From positions 1 through 64,000 of the forward strand of contig RHPI01003369.1 in NCBI GenBank assembly GCA_009103225.1: a stretch of 64,000 nt of DNA, given 5' to 3'. The notes under the pieces are model-generated. The model did no database searches, was not told the origin of the DNA, and saw only the letters and a program-made list of their open reading frames with translations. Origin of the DNA: Chlorokybus atmophyticus (taxonomy: Eukaryota; Plantae; Mesostigma and Chlorokybus algae). This document shows, piece after piece, positions 1 to 9,459 of the stretch. Position 1 is the first letter of the stretch. Each line of letters starts with the position of its first letter. The position numbers and the translations under genes were made by a program.

Positions 1-981
1 ATGCGCATGCAGCAGGGGTCACCACCTGCCAGCGAGTCATCAGAGGAGCTGGCCGCAACCCGCATACGGCCATCAGTCATGCTAAATGGCCAGCTCGCCT
101 CATGGGACCACTTCAATGCGCCAACGGATGGTAATTGCTTCGACCATTGTGTATTTCGCGCCAGGCCATCCATAGCGCAAAGTGTCCTGGATGATCACAA
201 GTGCCCCAGCTCGAGCAGATTTTGGGCCATGCTGGACACCATGGACGACGACGGCAGGGGGCACACTCTCCGCAAAATCACCGCCAAGGCTGTCGATGCA
301 GGCGTGGCGAGCAGAATCCTAGACTTCTGCAGAGCCACTGGTGCCGCGGGAGAGATGGCGCAGTATTACGACAAACTGCCTGCGACCATGTTGGCTGATA
401 TCAACTGCAACATTGACCTAGCCATGGCCAAGGTGCGACAGATCGTGCGGAGAAAAGATGTGTACGTCGAGCACCTGCAGATGACCATGTTTGCCAACAA
501 GCTGGGCTTGTTGATTGGCTGCGTGACCGTTCAGCGCGAGCATGGGGAGTGGGTGCCACGGCCCGGCAGCGCAGTTTGGGTTGGAAATAAAGAAGCCCCC
601 AACTCAGTCCTGGTGGTGGGCAACACTGCTCCTGATGAGCCAGAAGCACACTTTTGGCTCCTCAAGCCTGCAAGCACCGAACAGTGGTCGTGGCCTATGC
701 ATGAAGTGCCACCGGAGGTAACACACCTGATCGGAAAGTGGCGGAATGGCGTTGCCAAGTCCCCGCTACCACCGGCTGTGACCCAGAGTGCTGCGCCAAC
801 GCCTCAGGCCTCGCCTTCGTGTGCTAGGCAAGAAGTAGCCGAGTGTTCTGCACATCCTGCCTCCCTCAACCACAGCCACATGCTCGCAATCCCAATTCAG
901 CACCCTCCCTTCCTGCCGCGGAGACTCACTTGCCACCGCACTCTGCCATCCGGAGGCATCTCCATCAAGAAGCAGCTGTAG
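1..981 (+). CDS. OTU-like cysteine protease domain protein (probably 5'-partial; first part of a fragmented or spliced gene that may run to 2398)
   Basis: ORF contains APTDGNCFDHC (OTU D-x-x-C box), YVEHLQMTMFANKL and EAHFWLL (His box). Downstream ORFs 1010-1330, 1389-1850 and 1814-2398 continue on the same strand. Confidence 0.55.
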   Translation: MRMQQGSPPASESSEELAATRIRPSVMLNGQLASWDHFNAPTDGNCFDHCVFRARPSIAQSVLDDHKCPSSSRFWAMLDTMDDDGRGHTLRKITAKAVDAGVASRILDFCRATGAAGEMAQYYDKLPATMLADINCNIDLAMAKVRQIVRRKDVYVEHLQMTMFANKLGLLIGCVTVQREHGEWVPRPGSAVWVGNKEAPNSVLVVGNTAPDEPEAHFWLLKPASTEQWSWPMHEVPPEVTHLIGKWRNGVAKSPLPPAVTQSAAPTPQASPSCARQEVAECSAHPASLNHSHMLAIPIQHPPFLPRRLTCHRTLPSGGISIKKQL

Positions 982-1813
982 CTCGCCCTCTCCCTCTAAG
1001 CTTGCCACATTGATCCCGGCCTGTCTTGTTGGTAAAGAGATTGATCGAGGTGTCCTGAAAGCTGCGCTGAAAGACAAAGGCTTCATACTCGACCTTATGA
1101 AGCAACATGAGGTCGTGGAGGAACGGGAGGCAACCAACAAGCGCAAGGCTGTGGAGCAAGAAGATAACGCCTTACCTCCTCTGAGTGACAGTGCCACGGA
1201 GAGCGCCTGCCAGGATGTGCAAGGTGACAAAAAAAAAAAGAAGAAGGTTGTTGGAACAAAGGACACCGACAGGACCAAAAAAGGAAAGGTGAGGCATCGT
1301 TACAACATTAGAAGAAGCACAGCGCCTTGAAGCCTCACTGGGGCTGACTGTGTGTCCTGAATAGGCACATGCGGGCTTACAGCGTCAAGTGGTTGCTCAG
1401 CATCGTCCAGAGAGACAGCCGGTGCGGCACGAGCTGCCTAAGCTCAAAGCACCGACACGCAGACGCTTTGGGGGGCTGACTCGTAGTGCAAAGGAGTTGA
1501 TCACCCTACAGTACGCCCAAGACGCGCTGCATCACCGCATGCGGCATGCCTCGAGGTGGGTGACGAAAGTTTGCAATAAGTGGGAGCAAACGCGGAGAAT
1601 GCGGTCTAAACAGACCTCTGGGGATTGGCCGTGGTTGGAACCCATACACGATATGGCCATCCGTAGTACGTTGTTGCCCCTTGCCGTCCTCGATATGATG
1701 GTGTTGTTGCTGCCGCAGCACCCCGGCAATGTGCAAGAGCTATCTGCGGAGCAGAACTTCGACCTGCTGCAGCAGATGTACCTGTCGATGTCGACTAATG
1801 CGGGTCGAGATGT

Positions 1814-2398
1814 GTGCCACTACCTGAGCAAACATACGGGTGGCAAGTAAAACTATTCAAGCTGTACTTGGCATGCTTTGGCTGGCACTGGCTGTATGTC
1901 ATACGGCACGTCGAGCTGATTCTGTGGAAGCTCAAAGAAAATGACGATGCGGGGGAGTACACGAGTGACGACAGCCAAGTCGAGGGCCTGGATGAACGCA
2001 TGCTGGACGAGACCACCAAGACCAGCAGGTGGTGTGTGGCGGCAGATGGGCGTCAGGTGATTGAGCAAGCAGTGGAGCGTTATGCTGCGTCATTCAGATG
2101 GGAGTCGCTACGCCTGCGACGCGATAACAGAGTTTGGTGGCAGAGGCAGCTTGCACACCCGCGTGCACCATGTGTGCTGATTTGTCGCATTGAAGAGCCA
2201 CCCCCCCCAGCGGATGGGGAGACGCCCTGTTGCAAGAAAGCGATGTGCCATGTCTGCATCATAGCACATCAGAAGACTGTGGCAAATAAATCAAAGAATC
2301 TACAAGCGTGTCCATTCTGCAAGCAACCTCACCCGTTTTGGTCGCCACGCCTGATGCAAGACGCCAATGTGTCGGCGGTGATTTGGCCCCCGCCTTGA
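1814..2398 (+). CDS. C-terminal RING-like zinc-finger region of the fragmented OTU gene
   Basis: CVLIC...PCCKKAMCHVC...CPFCKQ spacing resembles a RING variant; preceded by acidic segment DDAGEYTSDDSQVE. Confidence 0.4.
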   Translation: MPLPEQTYGWQVKLFKLYLACFGWHWLYVIRHVELILWKLKENDDAGEYTSDDSQVEGLDERMLDETTKTSRWCVAADGRQVIEQAVERYAASFRWESLRLRRDNRVWWQRQLAHPRAPCVLICRIEEPPPPADGETPCCKKAMCHVCIIAHQKTVANKSKNLQACPFCKQPHPFWSPRLMQDANVSAVIWPPP

Positions 2399-2688
2399 TG
2401 CCAATTGTGCATGTATTGTAGTTTTGTGTTGGCTTCCTGTGAACCATGTAGGTACATGTATAGTTGCAGCATGGTGCATGGTGCACCAGAGATCTGCTGT
2501 CGTTAACAGCATTGGCTGTACATGTGTATGATGACTGCCCGGCGCATGAGTCAGTGCATGGCTTGCATACCTCGCTGGTTTAGAGCGTGGTTGACAGCAA
2601 CAAACTCGGACAGCGCTCTGGGTTCCATGGCATGACAGCACAGTATTACTCTACGATCGTGGTAGTATGCGAGTATCCTTGTACTGTA

Positions 2689-2743
2689 GTACCATTAACA
2701 GATGGAGTACCATTCATGTTGATGTAGTACCATGCATGGTACT
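2689..2743. repeat. Cluster of GTACCAT motifs including a perfect 18-bp palindrome (left flank of DNMT-Plavaka module)
   Basis: GTACCAT at 2689, 2707, 2727 and ATGGTAC at 2736; AGTACCATG-CATGGTACT at 2726-2743. Confidence 0.8.
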
Positions 2744-2790
2744 GCAATAGCGTATAAGGTACAGTCGTGCTTCACTTGAAGTTTGACCCA

Positions 2791-2838
2791 TTTAGGGTTC
2801 GTAAGCTGGCAACCCTAAATTGATGCCCATACCCTAAA
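2791..2838. promoter_or_regulatory. Telo-box motifs upstream of the DNMT gene, two in inverted orientation
   Basis: TTTAGGGTT (2791-2799), AACCCTAAA (2811-2819) and ACCCTAAA (2831-2838), 45-90 bp upstream of ATG 2882. Similar motifs sit upstream of petM and between PPME1 and DC2. Confidence 0.5.
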
Positions 2839-2881
2839 GTCTCGCTCAGTTTGTGGGCAGCCGTGCCGATTCCTATTTTGC

Positions 2882-4610
2882 ATGATGTCGGCGGCAGCAG
2901 TTGAATCACCCTCACCTAGGAGACCATGCTTGGTGTGCCCACAATGCAATGCGTACGTATGTGCCAATGGCCGTAGGCAGCAAATGCGAGCACACTTGAC
3001 CGAATGCCAGCGAGTGCAGACAGTGTGCCACGGTTTTAGTGCTGCTTGCTGGCATCACACCACACACAATGTCGACGTGTTTGGCTGCCGCCTCGGCCAA
3101 GTGCTGTGCAAGGAACCCGAGTTTTTCCATTGCGTGCAGTGCGTGTGCGAATCGTGCTCGCGCTCATGCTTCGAGTGGCGAGGGGAACCCATGCGCTTCT
3201 TCACATGGACAACACCGGGACATGTGGTTAGTGGACAGGTGGTGGATGCTGTGGAGGTAATCCACAAGAGTGGACCGCGACGTATCACTGCATGTTATGT
3301 TGGGCGTATGCTTATTTCATGCATGTTGAAGCTGTTGTCGCATTCAGAGCAGTCTTGCACGGTGTGGGCGTGGGCAGTTCCATCCCCTGGCCGCTGTAGA
3401 GGAGGCAGACCATCGACCGTTGGACAGCGCACTGCATCGGCTGCGGAACGCAGTTAAGTTGGGATGCGAGCAGCTGATCGGTGTGAGTGTCATGGTGCAT
3501 TGGCCGCTGGATGGGGAATGGTATGCGGGCGTTGTGGAATCATTCAAGCAAGCGTCAGGTCAGCATCGCTTCGTGGCGTGCGAGATTGAGGACGCATCAT
3601 ATATGCATGGTGCAATGGAAAATGTCTTTGCAGGGCAGCACCGTATAGTATTCGATGACGGTGATCGACCACAAACCATCAACTTCAAAGGGCACAACGT
3701 ATTCGCGTACACATCAGTTGACGGGGCACGCCATGTTCTGCGCGCCGGAGGGGAGAACGTCAGTCGCAAAGTAAGCCCGGACGGCATCATTGTTAGTCCC
3801 TGGCCAGCACCACGGCCAGCCTTGACCACATACACGCCATTTGACAACAAGCTGGGACGCACACGCAGACCAAGGGCACTCGACCTATTCTGCGGCGGTG
3901 GCGGTGCCAGTGTCGGTCTATACCACGCAGGCTTTGACGTGACCGGGATGGACATAAGTCCCTCCTCTGAGTACCCGCTGCCCTTCATACACCGCGATGT
4001 ATGCACCCTGAGTGCAGGAGAGCTGAGCGAGTACGAGCTCATCTGGGCCAGTCCACCATGCCAGGCCTATTCAGGTGCTATCCCGGCACCTCAACGGGCG
4101 GCACATGGCACATCCTGGAGACACCAGGATATGATACCGCTCGTCCGACGTCTGCTGCTTGCAAGCCAGGTCAAGTTTGTGATTGAGAATGTGCCAGGAG
4201 CAGCTTCCTCATTCAGACCCAATCTGTCCCTTTGTGGCACGATGTTTGGCCTATCAACTTTCCGACACCGTCTGTTTGAGACACAGCCAGTGGTAGCTAC
4301 CCCACCAGCACGCTGCTCGCACGCGGGCAAGGCAGTTGGACTGCTATCGCCGCACCTGTCCGCTAGCGCGAAGAAGACAATCGTGACATCAAACGCGCCA
4401 CAGCAGATGTACCCGGTCTATGGCCTTCCAAGCACCAGGGGCGGCATTGCTGCGTGGCAAACAGCGCTGGGAGTGCCATGGATGACCTCGGCCGTTTCCA
4501 TAGCGAATGCAGTTCCTCCCGCAATGGCGGAGTGCATAGGGCGTCTCATGCTTGAAACAATGGATATGCGCTGTGACTACCCTCCTGTGTCATGGAACTA
4601 TGAGGCTTGA
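2882..4610 (+). CDS. Cys-rich + Tudor domain + C5-cytosine DNA methyltransferase fusion (predicted exons 2882-3256, 3348-3558, 3634-4610; ~520 aa)
   Basis: MTase motifs I (LDLFCGGGG), IV (ASPPCQ), VI (IENVPG), VIII (RHRLF) and X (NAVPP) in order without stops. Removing in-frame GT-AG intron 3559-3633 restores Tudor consensus IGVSVMVHWPLDGEWYAGVVESFKQASGQHRIVFDDGD. The first intron is less certain. Confidence 0.85.
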
Positions 4611-4877
4611 GTGTGGTGCACTGTATTGATGCTTAATGCCACACGGCGGACTGATTGTTGAATGTTGCATGGATCATTCGATAGTGGTGACAGGTGTGCA
4701 GTGACAGCTGCCCGGTATTGTACACGTCTACATGCAAAAGTCTTGGCATACGATTAGCAATGCCTAACTGACTGATATGCTCCAAACTCAGAGTAGTTAG
4801 ACAAGTACATGTGTCACGTGGAAGTGCAGTGAACGTTCACCCAATACTTGCCCTCTTGTACACGGGCGCTGTCCTTG

Positions 4878-7800
4878 TCAAACATGGGGAGCAGCTGGAC
4901 AATGCCTTTTACTTGCTCCAGTCACGACATCGAGATGTGGACCGCCTCGACGCTTTCCCCATTCCAGAGCGATGCACTTTGTGTCGCTCGTCACATCCAG
5001 CTTCGTGTACCAGCGGACAAAAACGACCTCCTTCCACACGCGCTCGCCGCTACCACCCCACACCACCACGCGCAGGAAAAGGAGTGCCTGAGCCCACCAC
5101 GTCACGTTCACACCGTCCTCATCACCTTCCAACTCAAGTGTAGAGAACCAAGGCCGCCCATGAAACATCCCAATTGCGCGCGCCATGCTGACTCCTGATG
5201 TCATGTACACCGCTGCGCCTCCGTTCACCACGCGAACAGCACGCCACCCGTCGGCCAACTCCAGTTGTTCCCTCCTCAACCAGCTGTCCAGGGTGGCAGG
5301 CAGCTTGTCGGCAAATGGAGTCTTCAAGGCGACTTGGCGGCTACGCGCAGATCCGCTCCAGTACGGGCTTGACTCCCTCCTTGTCAGCACATCCATCCGT
5401 AGCAACTTGTCCGTCTTCTCCATGACATTACAGCACTGCTGCCGCGCCTGCGCCATGACCGAGCGCATCTCGGGATCCACGACCATGCCATCCTCTCTCA
5501 CATATTCCGCACAGCTCCATGCCTTCAGGATACGTGCCTGGTAGTCCCGGTTGTTGCCACCACGCGCCCATCGTTTGATATTTTGGGCGTGCGTCTGCTC
5601 CATGCGGTTGGCGCTGAACCAATCTGGGTGTCCACTGCTGACAATTGCCGGCCCAAAATGAGTGAGCTGATGCATCTTCTCGATCTTCCAACCTGACTTC
5701 TGTGCAGAATATGACGACAGTAGCAAATGCATTACTGCAGCTTTGAAGGCAGCCAGCTCGTTGTCGGCTGTGGTCAGGGTCTCTCTTGTGTGTTCATGCG
5801 CCTTCAGCAACTTCTTGTTCCACTGGGCAAGCGATGCGGCAGCAATGGTGAAGAAATCGTTGCCCTCACTGTCGAGCAGCAAACCGTCTGCGAGGACCGG
5901 CAGCAGCTGCAGCACCGCCACTTTCTCCACCACCTGAAAGAAGTGGTCGGACAGCAAAAAATCCACTGTGCTTGTGGGTGCCTTGAAGTGCGAAACCCGC
6001 AGAGTCGCCTTGCATGCATTCAGCCTGTGCACATCTGCTCGTGAGCACGTGTTGTTGGCTTTTGTGTTCAACACAAAAGCAACACCAAAGACGTGCCGGG
6101 CCTGCAGATTCTGTCTCGTGGATGGACGCATTCGTTCCTTCGTGGTGTCGTACACAGCAGCAAGCAGGTGGTCAATGATGCCTCCTAGCACATGCATTGG
6201 GTCAGGGGCAAGACGAGAGTAGCAGTCAGCTCCCGGCACCCGCGACTGTCGCCAACCCCACAGTGCATTCTGTTGCCAAACCACATTGCCTGGTTTCACG
6301 GAAAGCCATTCATCCTCACCAATGCCGATAATTTGACCATTACCTCCTCGACATGCATGGAGTGCTGCTCTTTGAAAGCCTTGGCTGTCTGGCGTGCATT
6401 TCTAACACCGCTATGCAGGGCCGCCCGCGGCTGACGTATTGCTGGTGTGTAGAAGGCCTCGATTCTCAATGCCCGGTCCTCATCCATCTCCAACAGATCT
6501 GATTTGGTGACGAGACAAACATCGCAAGGATGTCGTGTTTGGTTGCCCGACACAGTGCGTGCGAGTGTGGCAGTCTCCTACAACACGACAAACTCAGATG
6601 TTCTGCTGACAACATCCTCCATGCACTGTTTGCTGGCAGGCTGCATCCGGTTACAACCATTTATGCCCACTACCTGCAAATCGCTGATGTAGTTGGCAAG
6701 CGCGGGAAACACACGACGCTCGATGCCATTCGGGTCGATGAGCTGCAGACCTTCCCAACTCGCCCGCTTCACATCCCCTAACACTACATTCAAAGCGTCA
6801 TGAAAAATCTCACGTTTCCGAATGGAGAACGATTCCTTGCCCTGCGCCCAGGTGGGATGCCCGGCCACTGCGTGAACCACCGGCAGAAGCGCTATCATAA
6901 CAACCCCCATGTTGCTAGCATACATGTCCCAANCCGCTTCACATCCCCTAACACTACATTCAAAGCGTCATGAAGAATATCATGTTTCCGAATGGAGAAC
7001 GATTCCTTGCCCTGCGCCCAGGTGGGATGCCCGGCCACTGCGTGAACCACCGGCAGAAGCGCTATCATAACAACCCCCATGTTGCTAGCATACATGTCCC
7101 AACTGTAGTTGGCAAGCGATGCCATCAGAGGGTAGCCAGAGCGCTTGCCCGCGCTGTCCAGCGTGGTCTTGTCACTGTACAGAATGGCAGGCGCCAAGTA
7201 GGACGCTTCCCCCACCTCTCTCCTCAAATCCACCTCCACATCCTTCCACCAATCGCCCGTGGAAGGATGGCCAAAGCTGTGCTCGTCACCAGTGTACTGG
7301 AGATTGAAGCCATTGGCGGCATGTGGATTGCCATACAACCGCGCGAGCCATACCTGCTCCGACCAAGAGCATTACTTACTATGCTGGCCTCAGAATAGAT
7401 ACTGCATCGATACTGCATTAGGTACTGCATTTCACAGACCTTGGCCGGCATATATGTGACGCAGATGTCCTGATCCTCAGGGTCTCCAGGCTTGCGCAGG
7501 TCAGCCGTCACGTAGTTCTGATACGGCAGCACACTCGCATGTGCATATGTGACATGGCTCTGATGGTTGAAGCACATGCACCGCACACCGTGAACACACC
7601 TCAGACTGAGAGAAAGCAATCGTGGTCCGGAGGTAGCCGTCAGCCGTCAGGAAGTGTGCATTTCGGATGCACTTGATGATCCGCCCCATGTCGGAGGCCG
7701 ACAGGCCTTGGCCGTTGTTGCACTGCACGAATGCCACTGCAAGAGCATGCTCCGAGCCATACCACCTGGATTCCGACGCGTGCGAAGGGACGCCTCCACT

Positions 7801-8094
7801 TCCATGTTGGCGTGCCACAGGTTTCTCAGGCACACGCACACATCGAAAGCCCTCGTTCACTTCCTCCTCCTCCTGTTGCTGCTGTGCGTGTGTCTCCTGG
7901 AGGAATCCTTCAGCATCAAGCATGTGAGCATCCTGGATCGAACTCCCCGGTTCAACATGACCCGCATCGTACTGTAATGGACGCTGGCCGACATACAGCT
8001 TGATCTGCTTGCACACCCTGCTGCTAATAATGTGCATGTAGACCGAGCTGCGTGTGGCGAAGCGCATGTGGCAATACGGACAAAGGACTCCCAT
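4878..8094 (-). CDS. Plavaka-family transposase, intron-containing, with N-terminal C2H2-like finger; one apparent frameshift near 6298
   Basis: CPYC...H...C at the N-terminus; ILYSDKTTLD..GYPLMASLAN; YISDLQ|ETATL..CDVC after removing the 96-nt intron 6673-6578; PDPMHVLGGIIDHL; HQLTH..G...FSANRMEQTHAQNIK. These match the Plavaka RNase H-fold motif order. Confidence 0.75.
6764..7102. repeat. 169-bp tandem duplication across an N join (probable assembly artefact)
   Basis: 6764-6932 and 6934-7102 are near-identical (3 mismatches seen) and separated by the N at 6933. Confidence 0.85.
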
Positions 8095-8251
8095 ATCTCA
8101 CTACTAACGTCGACACAGGTGTCGCCAATGTAACCTGCATCATATCCAGCAACACGCACACCCGCCGCCGCCGCCGCCGCCGCCACCGCCACCGCTACCG
8201 CTACCCTTGCATGCCAGAGGCGGGAAACTTGGCCGCCAGTCACTGGCTCCG

Positions 8252-8443
8252 TCGTACCATTATAATGGTACGAACGAGCCATTGCACGTCCAGGGTGAGT
8301 CTCTGGATATTTTTATATACATATATATTCTGATTGAACCGTTTCAATGGTACGAAGATGCCTTTGCCAAAAGGTCTAGGCATTGTACAAAGGTACCATT
8401 GAAATGGTACCTTTGTACAATGGCAATGGCAGTTCGTACCATT
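8252..8443. repeat. Nested palindromes built on GTACCAT (right flank of DNMT-Plavaka module)
   Basis: Perfect 22-bp palindrome 8252-8273; 20-bp-arm hairpin 8381-8422 with 2-nt loop; six GTACCAT/ATGGTAC copies at 8254, 8265, 8347, 8393, 8404, 8436. Confidence 0.85.
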
Positions 8444-8603
8444 GACAACTCTGGCAATGTCAGTCCCCCTGCGCATGAAAACACCATTGATAGCTCCGCC
8501 AAGCTATGCCCTTACAGGGGCGTGATGCCGAGGGTATGTGGCGTTTGGAAGATCGTTGGCGGCGCTGCCAGGGGCGTAGTGGGCATTGTGGTCGAGGTCC
8601 GGG

Positions 8604-9459
8604 ATGAATTCCATGTTCGCACAGGGCGGGCAGGGTGCCGGAGGGGTGTCCTCGGTGTCAAACCCCACCAAGACTACCAAGGGCACATCCAATGACAACA
8701 GTGACTCGGGCGATATCTTACAGGGCTCCCCCTCCGAGTGGGCAAAGGCACACCACAATACTGCCTCTAAGAAAATCCGACCCACCAGCAGCTGCGACCA
8801 CGGCGACATGATTGAAGGGACCAAACAAGACTGGCATAACCAAGGTGGGTTACGATGCACTGTCAATGCCACATGCTAGGGTTCTTTTATCTTGCACATG
8901 CACAGCCTCAAGTATCTTGCACTTGACATACATTGTCAATACGACATGCACACCCTCATGCACAACCTCCAGTGTCATGCACATGAACAGCATGACCAAT
9001 CTCGCAAATGCACAGCCTATTTCTACTTGCGGGAGCTCACAAGTCGCAAAAGAGAAGCTGCGGAGTCAAACGAACGGGTAATCTATGACCTAGTTTAATG
9101 TTTCTAGCGGTAATTAAGCAGTATGCTTGCAGATTGCCATGTTGATCAGAGTGAACCAAGAGCAGCGCGGCAGGCTGACTGTCTGCCTGGCGGAGTGCAA
9201 CAAAGCGGAAGACGAGGTAAGCGTGTGTATGCTGATGGGCTAGTCCTCTGGCAGCACGCCACTCTTACAGCATTACCAAATGCAGGTGGTCACTCTCAAA
9301 GCGACCATCAAGCGCATGCGCGTGCACGGCGAGGCGCTGACATTCAAGCTGAAGGACGAAGTAGCCGCTGTACTGCCAGCGAGCGAGGCAGCGGATGAAG
9401 ATGACTCCGGCGTTGAAGCAGAAGACTCGTCGGAGGAGGAACAGGAGGAGGGGGTTTGA
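8604..9459 (+). CDS. Hypothetical ~186-aa protein with helical middle and acidic tail (exons 8604-8844, 9016-9077, 9133-9216, 9286-9459)
   Basis: Three GT-AG introns with compatible phases join into one open frame ending ...VVTLKATIKRMRVHGEALTFKLKDEV...EDSSEEEQEEGV*. Confidence 0.55.

Larger units (their letters stand above)
2640..8445. mobile_element. Putative Plavaka-type DNA transposon carrying a Tudor-DNMT cargo gene (boundaries approximate)
   Basis: Convergent DNMT (+) and Plavaka transposase (-) genes, with GTACCAT motif clusters on both sides. No TSD or long TIR identified. Confidence 0.5.

Noticed and set aside
6764-7102. Tandem duplication inside the transposase as a biological event
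   Set aside because: The copies meet at an N and removing one restores the frame, which is typical of a contig-overlap join.
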